Shown in pieces: positions 19,372-32,512 of a stretch of DNA of 64,000 bases. Both the position numbers and the translations under genes were made by a program. Under the pieces are notes generated by a model. That model did no database searches, was not told the DNA's origin, and saw only the letters and a list, made by a program, of their open reading frames with translations. How positions within the stretch are numbered: position 1 is the first letter of the stretch; each line of letters begins with the position of its first letter. The stretch lies in the NCBI GenBank assembly GCA_965215365.1, contig CBDCDS010000003.1, forward strand, positions 928,001 to 992,000, written 5' to 3'. The DNA comes from Gammaproteobacteria bacterium. Lineage in GTDB: Bacteria > Pseudomonadota > Gammaproteobacteria > Eutrophobiales > Eutrophobiaceae.

Positions 19372-19917
19372 TCAGTACCGGTAAACCAGTTCTACCCGCC
19401 TGTTCATCTCCCAGGCGCGCTCGTCATGGCCGGGGTCTGCGGGGCGTTCCTCGCCGTAGCTCACGGTTCTGAGCTGCTCCGACCGCGCGCCCAGCAGCAC
19501 CAGCTGTTGCTTGAGCGCCTGCGCGCGCCGCTCGCCCAGGGCCAGATTGTATTCACGGGAACCGCGCTCGTCCGCATGTCCCTCCAGGGTCACCATCATC
19601 CCCGGGTTAGCCTGCAGGAAGCCGGCATGGGCCTGGATAATCTCGTCAAACCGGGGCTGCACAGCGCTGCTGTCATAATCAAAATAAATAATACGTTCAG
19701 ACAACAGGCTGTCCGGATCGTCCAGTTGCCGCATAATGGCATCCTGCTGCGCGTCGGCGCCAAAGGTCTGTGCTTCAGTGCCGCCGCCGGTTTCGTCTGC
19801 AGGCGCACCGGTGTCAGTGCCATCCACCACCTCCGGGTCCTGTGATTGTTCCGGGGTTGTAGTACAGGCGGCGACAAACACGCCCAACATCAGTGCCAGC
19901 AGTAGTGGTCTAGTCAT
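19372..19917 (-). CDS. pal: Peptidoglycan-associated lipoprotein
   Basis: Lipobox VAAC; EGHADERGSREYNLALGERRA. Confidence 0.96.
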   Translation of the reverse strand: MTRPLLLALMLGVFVAACTTTPEQSQDPEVVDGTDTGAPADETGGGTEAQTFGADAQQDAIMRQLDDPDSLLSERIIYFDYDSSAVQPRFDEIIQAHAGFLQANPGMMVTLEGHADERGSREYNLALGERRAQALKQQLVLLGARSEQLRTVSYGEERPADPGHDERAWEMNRRVELVYRY

Positions 19918-20025
19918 AGTTGTTCTCCGGTTGGGTAAGAGCGCTGCGGAAGATCCCATGCAACGCATTTTCCGTAGCTTCTGTGAGATACAGCATAGCA
20001 TTGATTTGCGGTTTGTGAGTCAAAT

Positions 20026-21330
20026 TCAGTCAGCAGGGAAAGGCCCCCAGGCCGGCTCCCGCACCTCGCCGTCCTGCAATGCCAGACGCTGGTGTACCCG
20101 GCCATCGGCCGACACCGCCGCCAGTTCGGAACCGTAGCGACCATTGGTGGCGTAGATGATCATGCTGCCGTTCGGGGAAAAGCTGGGTGATTCATCCAGC
20201 CGGTTACGGGTCAGTACGCTCAGCGCGCCGTTGTCCAGGTCCAGGTAGGCGATGCGGTAAGCGCCGTCCTGTCCATATACCATAGTCATGCCGGTGCCGT
20301 TCGGGGCGTAGCGCGGTCTGGCAAAATAGTTGCCGGCAAACGTCAGCCGGCTCGGGGCGCCGCCTTGCAGGTCAATCTGATACACCTGCGGGGCACCGCC
20401 GCGATCGGAGGTGAAGGCCAGTTTGCTGCCATCCGGCGACCAGGCCGGCTCGGTGTCAATGGCCCGGTTGCGGGTAATGCGCTGCAGCGAATTATCGGAC
20501 AGGTGCAACGCAAAAATTTCCGGATTGCCTTCCTTGGACAGAGTCAAGGCCAGACGCGTACCGTCCGGGGAGAACGCCGGGGCGCTGTTGATGCCCTCAT
20601 GGGCCGCCACCTGGCGCCGCTCGCCGGTACGTACATTCTGCACGAATACCGAGGAGTTGTCGCCCTCGAAAGAAACATAAGCCAAGTATTGCCCGTCCGG
20701 CGACCAGGTCGGCGACAGCAGCGCCTGTTCCGATTCCAGCAGCGTTTGCGGGTTGAAGCCATCGGCGTCGGCAATTTGCAGGCTGAAACGCTGGCCGCCG
20801 CCCGCGCCTTCCCGCACCGTGACGTAAGCGATGCGGGTGTCAAACGCACCGCGCACGCCGGTCAGTTTCTCAAAGACGATATCGCTGATGCGGTGCGCCA
20901 CCCGGCGCAGTTGTGCCGCCGTAGCGCGGATGCGAAACCCGGTGAGCTGGGTCTCCTTGTAGGGATCGAGCAACCTGAACTCGACCTCAAAATCTCCCGC
21001 CGCAGTTTGTTTGAGGCTGCCAATGACGATGTTCTCCATACGCAACATTTGCCAGTCGCGAAAATTGACGCGCTCGAACTGCGCCGGTTGCTGCGGCATC
21101 TCAGGCGCCGCCAGGGCCGCGAAGCGCCCGCTGCGTTCTAGGTTATTGGCTATGGTGATGTGCATATCCAGCGGCGGCCCGGCGGCGGAGCCGTCCCAGC
21201 CGAACGGGACTACGGCGATGGGCAGGGTCTTCTCCACGCCGGTGTCAATGATGATTTCCAGCTCACCCTGCGCCGGCACCGGCAACGGCAGTATTGATAA
21301 CGCGGCGAGCAACAGGCAGCTAACCCGCAT
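20026..21330 (-). CDS. tolB: TolB beta-propeller protein
   Basis: [16 protein letters not shown], PxWSPDG repeats. Confidence 0.96.
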   Translation of the reverse strand: MRVSCLLLAALSILPLPVPAQGELEIIIDTGVEKTLPIAVVPFGWDGSAAGPPLDMHITIANNLERSGRFAALAAPEMPQQPAQFERVNFRDWQMLRMENIVIGSLKQTAAGDFEVEFRLLDPYKETQLTGFRIRATAAQLRRVAHRISDIVFEKLTGVRGAFDTRIAYVTVREGAGGGQRFSLQIADADGFNPQTLLESEQALLSPTWSPDGQYLAYVSFEGDNSSVFVQNVRTGERRQVAAHEGINSAPAFSPDGTRLALTLSKEGNPEIFALHLSDNSLQRITRNRAIDTEPAWSPDGSKLAFTSDRGGAPQVYQIDLQGGAPSRLTFAGNYFARPRYAPNGTGMTMVYGQDGAYRIAYLDLDNGALSVLTRNRLDESPSFSPNGSMIIYATNGRYGSELAAVSADGRVHQRLALQDGEVREPAWGPFPAD

Positions 21331-21386
21331 ATCTCACCCAGTCGCTTGTTGCCTTATGAAACATAATGGCTCTCAATAAGTGATGG
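21321..21386 (+). repeat. MITE-like repeat overlapping the tolB start codon
   Basis: TAACCCGCATATCTCACCCAGTCGCTTGTT...CTCAATAAG, homologous to 18117-18182. Confidence 0.8.
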
Positions 21387-21478
21387 TAATACTGCTGCTC
21401 TTTCCACCTAACCCACTGCGCTTGATGCGCCCTCGCGGGTCTTGGTTCTTAAAGTATTTGATGACGTTCACGTGCGCG

Positions 21479-22366
21479 CTAATCTCTGGGAGCAAATTTG
21501 AAGTTGAATTTTCTCAGGCCGAGCCGGTCGAACAGCGCCGGGTCTGCAGGCAGCGGTAGCGGCGAGGCCTTCTCCACTGCGGTCACGGCGCGCCGGTCAA
21601 ACACCTCGTTGCCGCTGGACTTGTTGATGGTGACACTGATCACTTCGCCGCCAGGTATGGTTTGTACGGATAATACGCCTTCCAGTCCTTTAGGCAAGCC
21701 GGTTTTGTTAAAGTTCCGGGAGACGACCAGATAAATCTGCTCAACAATATTTCGCAGGGTCTTCCGGTCCTGCGCGCGCTGGGCCTCGGCCTGACGTTCG
21801 AGTTCGGCGGCCGCTGCCGCTTTTTTGCGTTGTTCTTCCGCTAAGCGTCGCCGTTCCGCCTCAGCCTTGCGTTGTTCCTGTTCGATGCGTCGGCGTTCGG
21901 CTTCGGCCGCGCGCTTTTTCTCCTCGATGCGTTTCAGTTCGGCTTCGGCCTGACGCTTTTCCGCCTCGATGCGTTTGCGCTCGGCGGCTTGTTTGCGTTC
22001 TGCCTCCTTGCGCTTTTGCTCCGCTTCGGCTTGACGCTGCTCTGCCTCCCGGCGCTGGCGCTCGGCGGCCTGTTTCTTTTGCTCCGCTTCGCGCTGCCGG
22101 GTCTCCTCGGCCTGGGCCAGCGCTTCGAGGTCTTTCAATTTTTGCTCCATGGCGCGTTGCTTTTCCTGTTCCAGCTCCTGCAGGCGTTGCAATTCCTGTT
22201 CGACCGCCTGGTCATCAACGGTCACCGCCTCGACGATGTTCTCCTGGGGCCTGGGCTTGAACACGGGTGTGCGCGCGGTGTCGTCCAGGGTCACCACCAG
22301 CGCGGCAATGACCGCGCCATGCAGAAGCAGGGAATAACACAAGGCGCGCAGGGTGAGCAACTTCAT
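21479..22366 (-). CDS. tolA: TolA
   Basis: N-terminal TM with SLLLH, E/K/A/R helical stalk, SSGN..FDR C-domain. Confidence 0.92.
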   Translation of the reverse strand: MKLLTLRALCYSLLLHGAVIAALVVTLDDTARTPVFKPRPQENIVEAVTVDDQAVEQELQRLQELEQEKQRAMEQKLKDLEALAQAEETRQREAEQKKQAAERQRREAEQRQAEAEQKRKEAERKQAAERKRIEAEKRQAEAELKRIEEKKRAAEAERRRIEQEQRKAEAERRRLAEEQRKKAAAAAELERQAEAQRAQDRKTLRNIVEQIYLVVSRNFNKTGLPKGLEGVLSVQTIPGGEVISVTINKSSGNEVFDRRAVTAVEKASPLPLPADPALFDRLGLRKFNFKFAPRD

Positions 22367-22812
22367 GGCGCGTTATTGCCGGGGCGGTTCGATGGCTCGG
22401 GGGGCTCGGTGATCAGGCCGATGCCCTGCGCGCCGGCGCCTTGCAGCAAGGCCATAGCCTGCACCACCCGCCCGTAATTGACCGACGTGTCGCCTTTTAC
22501 CAGCACCGGGAGTTTGGGGCGGTGCCTGACCAGCGCGCTGACCCGGTTCACCAGCACCTCGGGTGCGACCGGCTGCTCCTGGTTCTCACCGTAATTGATA
22601 AAAAAGTTGCCGGCGGCGTCCACGCTGACGATGACCGGGTCGCTGTCACTCGCCGGCAGCGGTTCCGATGGCACTTGCGGCAAGTCGATTTTGACCCCCT
22701 GGCTGAGCAGCGGCGCGGTAATCATGAAGATGATCAACAACACCAGCATCACGTCGATATAGGGCACGACGTTTATTTCCGACACCGGCCGTTTACGCAG
22801 TCTGGCGCGCAT
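22363..22812 (-). CDS. tolR: TolR
   Basis: EINVVPYIDVMLVLLIIFM. Confidence 0.96.
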   Translation of the reverse strand: MRARLRKRPVSEINVVPYIDVMLVLLIIFMITAPLLSQGVKIDLPQVPSEPLPASDSDPVIVSVDAAGNFFINYGENQEQPVAPEVLVNRVSALVRHRPKLPVLVKGDTSVNYGRVVQAMALLQGAGAQGIGLITEPPEPSNRPGNNAP

Positions 22813-22843
22813 GGTTCACCCGCTTGCTTGCATCACGACACAC

Positions 22844-23524
22844 TCAGCGGTGCGCCTGACGGTGCAGGATGGCGGCGAACTCTTCCATGAATGTGTCGTA
22901 GCGGTTGCTCAGGTGTTCCACATCGTTGGCAAACCGGTTGTAGGCAATCACCGCGGGGATCGCGGCAAACAAGCCCATGGCGGTGGCAATCAGGGCTTCG
23001 GCAATGCCCGGCGCCACCATGGCAATCGAGGCCTGCTGCACATTGCCCAACGCGCGGAAGCTGTTCATGATGCCCCACACCGTTCCGAACAGACCGATGT
23101 AGGGGCTGGTGGAGCCGACCGTGGCCAGAAATGACAGGTGTGCCTCCAGTGCTTCCACTTCCCGGTTAAGTGCCACCCGCATCGCCCGCATGGAGCCCTC
23201 CATGAGCGCATCCGCGCTCATCCCGCCCTGTTTTTGCAGGCGCACAAACTCCCTGAAGCCGGCCTCAAACAGCAACTCCATGCCTTCTGCCTGATAGTCC
23301 TCAGCGCTGACGCGCCGGTACAGCGGTGTCAGCTCTTCCAGCGACCAGAACTCATCCTCGAACGCCGCCGCCGCGCGCCCCGCCTGTGTCAGCGTCAGGC
23401 GCTTCTTGAAGATCATAGTCCAGGAAATGACGGATGCCAGCGCCAGCATGAGCATCACCGCCTGCACCGGAATGCTGGCGTTGAGAATCAGGTGTACAAA
23501 AGACATGTCAGGGGTCATGGGCAA
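22844..23524 (-). CDS. tolQ: TolQ
   Basis: SPYIGLFGTVWGIM, APGIAEALIATA. Confidence 0.96.
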   Translation of the reverse strand: MPMTPDMSFVHLILNASIPVQAVMLMLALASVISWTMIFKKRLTLTQAGRAAAAFEDEFWSLEELTPLYRRVSAEDYQAEGMELLFEAGFREFVRLQKQGGMSADALMEGSMRAMRVALNREVEALEAHLSFLATVGSTSPYIGLFGTVWGIMNSFRALGNVQQASIAMVAPGIAEALIATAMGLFAAIPAVIAYNRFANDVEHLSNRYDTFMEEFAAILHRQAHR

Positions 23525-23548
23525 GTTCCACCGGTAAAATGGGCAAGG

Positions 23549-24619
23549 TTAGCCGTCTGCGCTGATTTGATCAAACAGATCATGCTCCACTGCCACACCC
23601 TTGGGCGCCGGCAGTCCGAAATGTGCCCAGGCATGTCGGGTCGCCATCCGCCCGCGCGCAGTGCGGGTGAGGTAGCCCTGTTGTATCAGGTAGGGTTCGA
23701 TGACGTCCTCTATGGTGTCCTTGACCTCTCCGAGCGCCGCGGCAATGCTGTCGATACCCACCGGCCCGCCGTCAAATTTCTCGATGATGGTGAGCAGCAG
23801 CTTGCGGTCCATCATATCAAAGCCGGTGTCGTCCACATTCAGCAAGTCCAGGGCGCGTGCGGCGATGACGGCGCTGATGCTGCCGTCTTCCTTGACTTCG
23901 CTGTAATCGCGCACCCGCCGCAGCAGGCGGTTGGCAATACGCGGGGTGCCGCGCGCGCGGCTGGCAATCGCCTCGGCGCCGGCCGGCGCGATGGGCACCT
24001 CCAGGATGCCGGCGGACCGCACCACGATGTCGGTCAGGTCGGCGGTCGAATAAAACTCCAGGCGCTGGATGATGCCGAAACGGTCGCGCAGCGGCGAGGT
24101 CAGCAAGCCGGCCCGGGTAGTGGCGCCAACCAGGGTAAAGCGGGGCACATCCAGCTTGATGGCGCGCGCAGCCGGCCCCTCCCCGATCATGATATCTATC
24201 TGGTAATCCTCCATGGCCGGATACAGGATCTCCTCCACCACCGGGCTGAGGCGGTGGATCTCGTCGATGAACAATACATCCCGGGGTTCCAGGTTGGTAA
24301 GCAACGCCGCTAAGTCTCCGGGGCGTTCCAGCACCGGCCCTGAGGTCTGGCGCAGGTTCACGCCCAGTTCATTGGCGATAATATGCGCCAAGGTGGTCTT
24401 GCCCAGGCCGGGCGGGCCGAAAATCAGCACATGGTCCATGGCCTCGGCGCGCTTCCTGGCGGCGCCGATAAAAATTTCCATTTGTTCGCACACGGCCGGC
24501 TGGCCGCGGTAGTCACTCAGCCGGCCCGGCCGTAGCGTAGTCTCCGCGACGTGGTCCTCGGCGCCGCCGCGCACGGACAGGACCGGGTTGCGCTCGTTCA
24601 TGGCCGCCTCCACACTCAT
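23549..24619 (-). CDS. ruvB: Holliday junction helicase RuvB
   Basis: [26 protein letters not shown]. Confidence 0.97.
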   Translation of the reverse strand: MSVEAAMNERNPVLSVRGGAEDHVAETTLRPGRLSDYRGQPAVCEQMEIFIGAARKRAEAMDHVLIFGPPGLGKTTLAHIIANELGVNLRQTSGPVLERPGDLAALLTNLEPRDVLFIDEIHRLSPVVEEILYPAMEDYQIDIMIGEGPAARAIKLDVPRFTLVGATTRAGLLTSPLRDRFGIIQRLEFYSTADLTDIVVRSAGILEVPIAPAGAEAIASRARGTPRIANRLLRRVRDYSEVKEDGSISAVIAARALDLLNVDDTGFDMMDRKLLLTIIEKFDGGPVGIDSIAAALGEVKDTIEDVIEPYLIQQGYLTRTARGRMATRHAWAHFGLPAPKGVAVEHDLFDQISADG

Positions 24620-24629
24620 CTCAGCGACC

Positions 24630-25226
24630 TCAGGTCAGCGCCGCCTTCAACGCGGCGCGGATCAGGGCTTCACTGTCCATGCCGTCGGTGGCGACCGCAT
24701 GCACCAGGCGGGACGCCTCCTGCGGCCGGTAGCCCAGGGTGATCATGGCGTGCACGGCTTCACTGAGCGGGTCTGCCGGGCGCGCCTGGGGCTGTCGGTC
24801 CTCGGCGACGGCGCCAGTTAATCCCTCATCTAGGCGATCGCGCATTTCTATGATAAGGCGTTGCGCGGTTTTTTTACCGACTCCCGGCAGGCGCATGAGG
24901 CGCGCGGCATCGCCTGTTTCGATACATTGCCCGAATTCCGGCGCGCTGATACCGGACAGTATTGCCAATGCCATCCTGGCGCCGACGCCGTTGACTCGCA
25001 GCAGGGCGCGAAACAATCCGCGCTCTTCGGCTGCGGCGAAGCCATACAGCACCTGGGCATCTTCCCGCACCGACAAATGGGTCAGCAGCTGCACTTCCTC
25101 GCCCACTTCCGGCAGCTGGTAAAACGTGTTCATGGAGGCTTCCAGCTCGTACCCGACCCCGTGCACCTCCAGCACCAGCCCCGGCGGCTGTTTATACGTT
25201 ATCCTGCCGCGCAGAGAGCCGATCAT
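24630..25226 (-). CDS. ruvA: Holliday junction protein RuvA
   Basis: MIGSLRG, VRED...[14 protein letters not shown]. Confidence 0.96.
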   Translation of the reverse strand: MIGSLRGRITYKQPPGLVLEVHGVGYELEASMNTFYQLPEVGEEVQLLTHLSVREDAQVLYGFAAAEERGLFRALLRVNGVGARMALAILSGISAPEFGQCIETGDAARLMRLPGVGKKTAQRLIIEMRDRLDEGLTGAVAEDRQPQARPADPLSEAVHAMITLGYRPQEASRLVHAVATDGMDSEALIRAALKAALT

Positions 25227-25744
25227 TACGCCCTTGCCGCATGCGGCTGTAATTCCCTCAGCCGTAGCAGGTTTTCCCGGGAATGCCCGTGGCACAGGGC
25301 AACGGCCAGCGCGTCGGCGGCATCTGTCTCGGGCACCTGGTCCAGACACAACAATACCTTGACCATATATTGCACCTGGGTTTTGTCGGCATGGCCCTTG
25401 CCGGTGGTGGCCTGTTTGATCTGGTTGGCCGTGTATTCAAACACCGGCCGCTCATGTTCGGCGCAGGCGGTAATGGCGGCGCCCCGGGATTGCCCCAGTT
25501 TTAACGCGGAATCGGCATTGCGGTACATGAAGACTTTCTCCACGGCGCATTCGTCAGGCCGGAACTCACCGAGCAGCGCGCTGAGCTCGCGAAAAATCCG
25601 GCGCAGCTTGTCGGACAACTCCCCACCCGGAATTGTTATGCGTCCATGAATAACCGGCACGGCCCGGTTGCCGACCATGTCGATAATGCCGTAACCCGTT
25701 TGCCGGGAGCCGGGGTCGATGCCGAGAATCCTGATGTTACCCAC
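25226..25744 (-). CDS. ruvC: Holliday junction resolvase RuvC
   Basis: ILGIDPGS, DAADALAVA. Confidence 0.96.
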   Translation of the reverse strand: MGNIRILGIDPGSRQTGYGIIDMVGNRAVPVIHGRITIPGGELSDKLRRIFRELSALLGEFRPDECAVEKVFMYRNADSALKLGQSRGAAITACAEHERPVFEYTANQIKQATTGKGHADKTQVQYMVKVLLCLDQVPETDAADALAVALCHGHSRENLLRLRELQPHAARA

Positions 25745-25752
25745 TTTCCTTA

Positions 25753-26499
25753 TCAGTCAAGTTGCGCCAGGATGTCATCGGCAATCTCTGCGTTGGAATA
25801 CACTTTTTGCACGTCATTGAGGTCTTCCAGTGTGTCCAGCAGGCGCATCATAGTCTGTGCCTCGTGCAGGTCCAGCGCCGGCCCGGTCGCCGCGCGCATG
25901 GTGACCTCTGCCGTCTCCGGCGGGTAACCGGCGGCGGCTAGGTGGTCCTTGACGTCCAGGAACTGTTCCGGCGTGGTTAACACATCTTGGGAACCGTCGT
26001 CATTGGCGGCGACATCCTCGGCGCCGGCCTCCAGCGCCGCTTCCAGCAACGCCTCCTCATCGACCGCGGCCGGGTAGGACAGCAACCCCACCTTGGTAAA
26101 CAGGTAGGCGACCGAGCCGTCGGTGCCCAGGTTGCCGCCGCACTTGGAAAAGGTATGGCGCACTTCGGCTACGGTGCGGTTGCGGTTGTCGGTCATGCAA
26201 TCGACCATCACCGCCACGCCGCCCGGGCCATAACCTTCATAACGCACCTCTTCTAGGCTCTCACCCTCGGCACCGCCGCCGCCTCGTTTTATGGCCCGCT
26301 CGATGGTGTCCTTGGGCATGTTGCCCGCCAGCGCGTTGTCAACAGCCGCGCGCAGGCGCGGGTTACCGTCCGGGTCAGGGCCGCCAAGCCGGGCGGAAAC
26401 CGTAATCTCCCGGATTAACTTGCTGAATAACTTGCCCCGCTTGGCGTCTTGCCGACCCTTGCGATGCTGAATATTCGCCCATTTACTGTGTCCTGCCAT
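25753..26499 (-). CDS. yebC: YebC/PmpR family protein
   Basis: [25 protein letters not shown]. Confidence 0.97.
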   Translation of the reverse strand: MAGHSKWANIQHRKGRQDAKRGKLFSKLIREITVSARLGGPDPDGNPRLRAAVDNALAGNMPKDTIERAIKRGGGGAEGESLEEVRYEGYGPGGVAVMVDCMTDNRNRTVAEVRHTFSKCGGNLGTDGSVAYLFTKVGLLSYPAAVDEEALLEAALEAGAEDVAANDDGSQDVLTTPEQFLDVKDHLAAAGYPPETAEVTMRAATGPALDLHEAQTMMRLLDTLEDLNDVQKVYSNAEIADDILAQLD

Positions 26500-26589
26500 A
26501 CGTTATCAATTCCAGCTTCTCATTGGGACAATTCTATCACTTACAACCATCAAAAATAAAAAAATTGACAAAAAATCTGATGGTTTGTC

Positions 26590-28372
<1,783 letters not shown>

Positions 28373-28497
28373 TTGATGCTCCTCATGGTTCCTCTGCCGA
28401 TTAAACTACTCCGATCCAGAATCGGAGTCAAGACGGGTCGGGCAAGGAGATTATAAGTCTGATCAATCGCCTGCTCAGCTTCCCTTAGCTTGAGGAT

Positions 28498-29571
28498 TCA
28501 AGCATCATTATTACCACATACCGGCTGGCCGCGTTGGGCGGTGAACTCCAGCAGGCGTTGGATGGGTTTGCGGGCGCGGGAGATGATGGCTTTATCGACC
28601 CTGATCTCATTGGCGCCGGCGTGCAGCGTTTGGCGTAGTTGGGTCAGACTGTTCATGGCCATCCATGGGCAGTGGCCGCAGCTTTTGCAGGTGGCGCCGC
28701 GGCCGGCGGTGGGCGCCTCGATGAAGGTCTTGTGCGGCGCCGCCTGTTGCATCTTGTAGAAGATGCCGCGGTCGGTGGCCACGATAAAGGTCTCCACGTC
28801 CAGTTCCGTTGCGGCCTTGATGATGCCGGTGGTGGAGCTGACTACATCGGCCTCGGCAATGACCGGCGCCGGGGACTCCGGGTGCACCAGCACCTTAGCG
28901 CCCGGGTGTTGGCGCTTTAAGGCGGCCAGTTCCCGGCCCTTGAACTCTTCGTGCACCACGCAACTGCCCTGCCATAACAGCATATCGGCCCCGGACTGCG
29001 CCTGTACGTACTCACCCAGATACTTGTCCGGCGCCCAGATGATTTTTTTGCCCTGCTGCGCCAGATGACTGACTACATCCACGGCACTGCCGGAGGTCAC
29101 CATCCAGTCGGCGCGCGCCTTAACCGCGGCGCTGGTGTTGGCATAGACTACCACGGTACGTTCCGGGTGATCGTTACAGAAAGCCTCGAACTCGGCGGCC
29201 GGACAACCTATATCCAAGGAGCAATCCGCGCCCAGGTCCGGCATCAGCACCCGTTTTTCCGGGTTCAGGATCTTGGCGGTTTCCCCCATGAAGCGCACCC
29301 CGCACACAACCAGGGTTGAGGCTTCGGATTCGTGGCCGAAGCGCGCCATATCCAGCGAGTCGGAGACGTAACCGCCGGTGGCGTCGGCGATTAACTGCAA
29401 ATCCGCATCGGTGTAGTAGTGCGCAACCAGGGTTGCATCCTGCTCTCGCAACAGGTGTTTGATCTCACCGATGAACTGTTCCCGCCGCTCCGGGTCGAGC
29501 TGCTCAACCACCGTCTCAGGCACGCGCTGCGGCGGCAAGCGAAAATCCGGGAATGTAATGGCGTTGTGCAT
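28498..29571 (-). CDS. nadA: Quinolinate synthase
   Basis: AHYY, DSL, CSL, YANTS, HPE, CPWMAMN. Confidence 0.96.
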   Translation of the reverse strand: MHNAITFPDFRLPPQRVPETVVEQLDPERREQFIGEIKHLLREQDATLVAHYYTDADLQLIADATGGYVSDSLDMARFGHESEASTLVVCGVRFMGETAKILNPEKRVLMPDLGADCSLDIGCPAAEFEAFCNDHPERTVVVYANTSAAVKARADWMVTSGSAVDVVSHLAQQGKKIIWAPDKYLGEYVQAQSGADMLLWQGSCVVHEEFKGRELAALKRQHPGAKVLVHPESPAPVIAEADVVSSTTGIIKAATELDVETFIVATDRGIFYKMQQAAPHKTFIEAPTAGRGATCKSCGHCPWMAMNSLTQLRQTLHAGANEIRVDKAIISRARKPIQRLLEFTAQRGQPVCGNNDA

Positions 29572-29848
29572 GGCTTGAGAACCTGTGCCGGCAGCTGCTT
29601 CGCCGGAAGGTGAATGAATATCGCCAGCATCCTAGCCCATCCGGGCGCGGATTTCAAAATCATTGGGAGTCGCTATCGCATAAGGTAGAATGCGCGTGGG
29701 CCTTGTTTGTTACACCCATTGATGCTGGTTAATTGCATAAGGTCACCTCTCACAAACACGAGGTGCCCGTGCAGCACAGGCATGGCACCAAGAGCGCAGG
29801 GTTCAGTCAGGCACTAATTGCCCTTGCCTGATACCGGCTCCATGATTG

Positions 29849-29876
29849 TTGACATCAATACCGGAACAGTCATACT
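29849..29876 (+). promoter_or_regulatory. Putative sigma-70 promoter of the polysaccharide genes
   Basis: TTGACA-16 nt-CATACT about 65 bp upstream of 29940. Confidence 0.45.
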
Positions 29877-29939
29877 TCAAACCTCATCCAATCACAATTC
29901 GGGGAAAGTGCCCGTACCTGAACCACCTGGTAAGTAAGC

Positions 29940-30593
29940 GTGAAAAACAGCACAGACGGACGAGACGGATACAAGCGCGTCTTCGATCTGACAGTAATAA
30001 TCATCGCTTACACCCTGTTATTCCCGTTGTGGCTGACTGTCTGGCTCATCGTGCCGCTTGCCATCTGGCTGGAGGACAGGGGGCCGGTATTCTACGCGCA
30101 GGAACGGGTCGGCCGGCGCGGGCGGCATTTCAGGGTGCTCAAATTCCGCACCATGATCCAGAACGCGGAGAGCCTGACGGGCCAGGTGTGGGCGCGAGAA
30201 GATGACCCTCGTCTTACCCGAGTCGGCAGAATCCTGCGCCGGCTGCATCTCGATGAGATACCGCAGGTTATCAACATCATCAAAGGTGAGATGAGCCTGG
30301 TGGGACCACGACCGGAACGCCCGGCGCTGGCTGAGCGGTTCAGCCGTGAAGTGCCCGGCTTCTCCGAACGCCTCAGGGTCAGGCCGGGCATAGCTGGCCT
30401 CGCCCAGGTGCGCGGCAGCTACTGGACCGACCCGGTGTACAAACTGCGCTATGACAACCAGTACATCGAAACAATGGGCCCCTGGTTGGATCTCAAGCTG
30501 CTGTTCCTAGCCGTCTGGGTTGCCATCAAACGCATCCTTTATGGTGTGGATGCGGCGGTTGCTGAGGGTGGCGCGCAAAAAGATAAAGCCTGA
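29940..30593 (+). CDS. Priming sugar transferase (undecaprenyl-phosphate sugar phosphotransferase)
   Basis: KRVFD, KFRTM, DDPRLT, LDEIPQ, GEMSLVGPRPE. Confidence 0.93.
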   Translation: MKNSTDGRDGYKRVFDLTVIIIAYTLLFPLWLTVWLIVPLAIWLEDRGPVFYAQERVGRRGRHFRVLKFRTMIQNAESLTGQVWAREDDPRLTRVGRILRRLHLDEIPQVINIIKGEMSLVGPRPERPALAERFSREVPGFSERLRVRPGIAGLAQVRGSYWTDPVYKLRYDNQYIETMGPWLDLKLLFLAVWVAIKRILYGVDAAVAEGGAQKDKA

Positions 30594-31507
30594 TGGCAGC
30601 GCCAACGCATTCTGACAACCTCGGCAAGCCAGCGCGCAATGTCAAGGTCTCCATCATCATCCTCACCTGGAATTCGGAACAACAGATCGGCCCGTGTCTG
30701 GCGGCACTGGAACAGGGTCTGAAGGCATATTCCTGCGAAGTCATCGTGGTTGACAACGGCTCAACCGACCAGACCCGCGCCCTTATCAAAGCAACGCGGC
30801 CCGATATACGGTTATTGTGCAACCCACAAAATCGCGGAGTGGCGCCGGCCCGCAACCAGGGCATTCGTCGTGCGCAAGGTGAATACCTGCTGATCCTCGA
30901 TGACGACACGGTAGTTCAACCCAATGCGCTCGATTGCCTCATCCGTTACATGGAACAACATCCGCAAGTCGGATTATGCGGCCCGAAACTAACCAGCGCT
31001 GATGGCGCCTTGCAGCTGTCCTGCCGGCGCTTTCCAACGCTCATGGACAAACTCGCCCGCCGCCTGCCCCTGCCGGAAACGCTCATCCGCAAACTGACCT
31101 CAGAGCCGGAAATGGCCGACTGGGACCATGCAACGGTGCGCAGGGTTGATTATGTCATCGGCGCCTGCCAGACCATTCGCCACCATGCCCTGGAGCAGGT
31201 GGGCCTGTTTGACGAGCGCATCTTCTACGGCCCGGAAGACGTCGATATCTGCCTGCGCCTGCAACAGTCCGGCTGGTCGGTAGTGTATAATCCCGAGGCA
31301 GTTGTGGTGCACGAGGAACGCAGAATAACCCGTTCACCCCTCTCGAGCCTGTTCTGGAAACACGCAGCCGGGTTGGGCTATTACTTCCGGAAGCATGGTT
31401 ATTTGCTGTCACGCAAACAGTTATATTCCCAGCTTATACAAACAAGGCCATTCGACCGGACTGAAAGGGGAGTTGTTACGGATGTAAATGGTAAAGTGTC
31501 ACCGTAA
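30593..31507 (+). CDS. Glycosyltransferase family 2
   Basis: VIVVDNGSTD, NRGVAPARNQG, LDDD, EDVD. Confidence 0.92.
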   Translation: MAAPTHSDNLGKPARNVKVSIIILTWNSEQQIGPCLAALEQGLKAYSCEVIVVDNGSTDQTRALIKATRPDIRLLCNPQNRGVAPARNQGIRRAQGEYLLILDDDTVVQPNALDCLIRYMEQHPQVGLCGPKLTSADGALQLSCRRFPTLMDKLARRLPLPETLIRKLTSEPEMADWDHATVRRVDYVIGACQTIRHHALEQVGLFDERIFYGPEDVDICLRLQQSGWSVVYNPEAVVVHEERRITRSPLSSLFWKHAAGLGYYFRKHGYLLSRKQLYSQLIQTRPFDRTERGVVTDVNGKVSP

Positions 31508-31538
31508 TTCCATCTGCGAGGCGTCTTTCAACAGCCTG

Positions 31539-32507
31539 CTAAATCATGCTCTGCTGAACCGGTTGTCCTTTGGGCTTTAGCAACATGATTTCGCGCAAAA
31601 TAACTGAACTGTTATGCCGATTAGCCACTAATGTTTCGGAATCTTCCTTGATGATTTGCCGATTCAAGTCGAATTTTGGATTGTTAGCGTCAGCGCCCTC
31701 ATCGTAAATAACAGCTCTCGGGATTGAGTAGTCTTTTGCGTACCTCATTGCCAACCTAGACCCACTGTCATTGCCACTATCATTTTTTGCGTAGCTGGCT
31801 GACAGTAGAATCGTATTGCTAAATAGCGCCTGCAATCGATCTCTTTCGGCATATCGTGAGATTAATTCTCTTTTTGACTTTGCACCAGTTAAGTACTCAG
31901 AAATCAACAGCCCGTTTTTCTTGACGATCTCTTCCGCTAATCCACGGTTTTTTGAAGGTAATACCTGATCTAAAGGCCCTGGCAAAATAGCGACTGTCCG
32001 CCCATTAGAGTCTAATGCCTGCCTATGCGCAATGGTGTCGCAACCCAACGCTAAACCACTTACTATAACTGCACCCTGCTCAACCAGTCTGGCTACGAGT
32101 AATTTCTCAACATCTTCTATTTCCTGATCAGGGTTCAGTAACCCGATCACAGAGATGTTTTTGCTCCCTGCCGCCAATAGAGACAAATCGCCGCGATAAA
32201 AGATAAAAATCGGTTTTTCGCTATTTTTAACATCCCCCCTATGTAAGGGGAAATCTTTATCACCCAAAGCAACAACGCCATCGATCAATCCCTTGGCATC
32301 AGCCAAAATTTCCTTCAACCGAGACTTCTGCTTATTAAATTGCTCTATTGTTATTTGCTCATTACGTTTTTCAAGCGATTTATTTATCGATTCGACAATG
32401 TCTGCTTCATTTTTAGGGGTAGAGAGATTCTTTATAATCCATGCCCTGCCGATACCCTTAAATGTCCTGGCTGCCATCACGTTAATGGCGTTCTCTGTGA
32501 ATTTCAT
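31539..32507 (-). CDS. DprA/SMF-like (SLOG) protein, ShosA-like antitoxin
   Basis: FYRGDL, IVSGLALGCDTIAHRQAL, GLLISEY, ERDRLQ, SGS. Confidence 0.85.
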   Translation of the reverse strand: MKFTENAINVMAARTFKGIGRAWIIKNLSTPKNEADIVESINKSLEKRNEQITIEQFNKQKSRLKEILADAKGLIDGVVALGDKDFPLHRGDVKNSEKPIFIFYRGDLSLLAAGSKNISVIGLLNPDQEIEDVEKLLVARLVEQGAVIVSGLALGCDTIAHRQALDSNGRTVAILPGPLDQVLPSKNRGLAEEIVKKNGLLISEYLTGAKSKRELISRYAERDRLQALFSNTILLSASYAKNDSGNDSGSRLAMRYAKDYSIPRAVIYDEGADANNPKFDLNRQIIKEDSETLVANRHNSSVILREIMLLKPKGQPVQQSMI

Positions 32508-32512
32508 AGCTA

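Noticed and set aside
21780-22200. Repetitive low-complexity DNA in tolA
   Set aside because: Expected E/K/A/R helical stalk.
7566-26256. Many long antisense or overlapping ORFs (e.g. 23138-24313, 16352-17185, 20365-21141)
   Set aside because: Shadow frames of well-identified GC-rich core genes, with no motifs of their own.
29735-29835. Hairpins upstream of the sugar transferase as a possible riboswitch or ncRNA
   Set aside because: No recognisable family motif; an Rfam/Infernal search would be needed.
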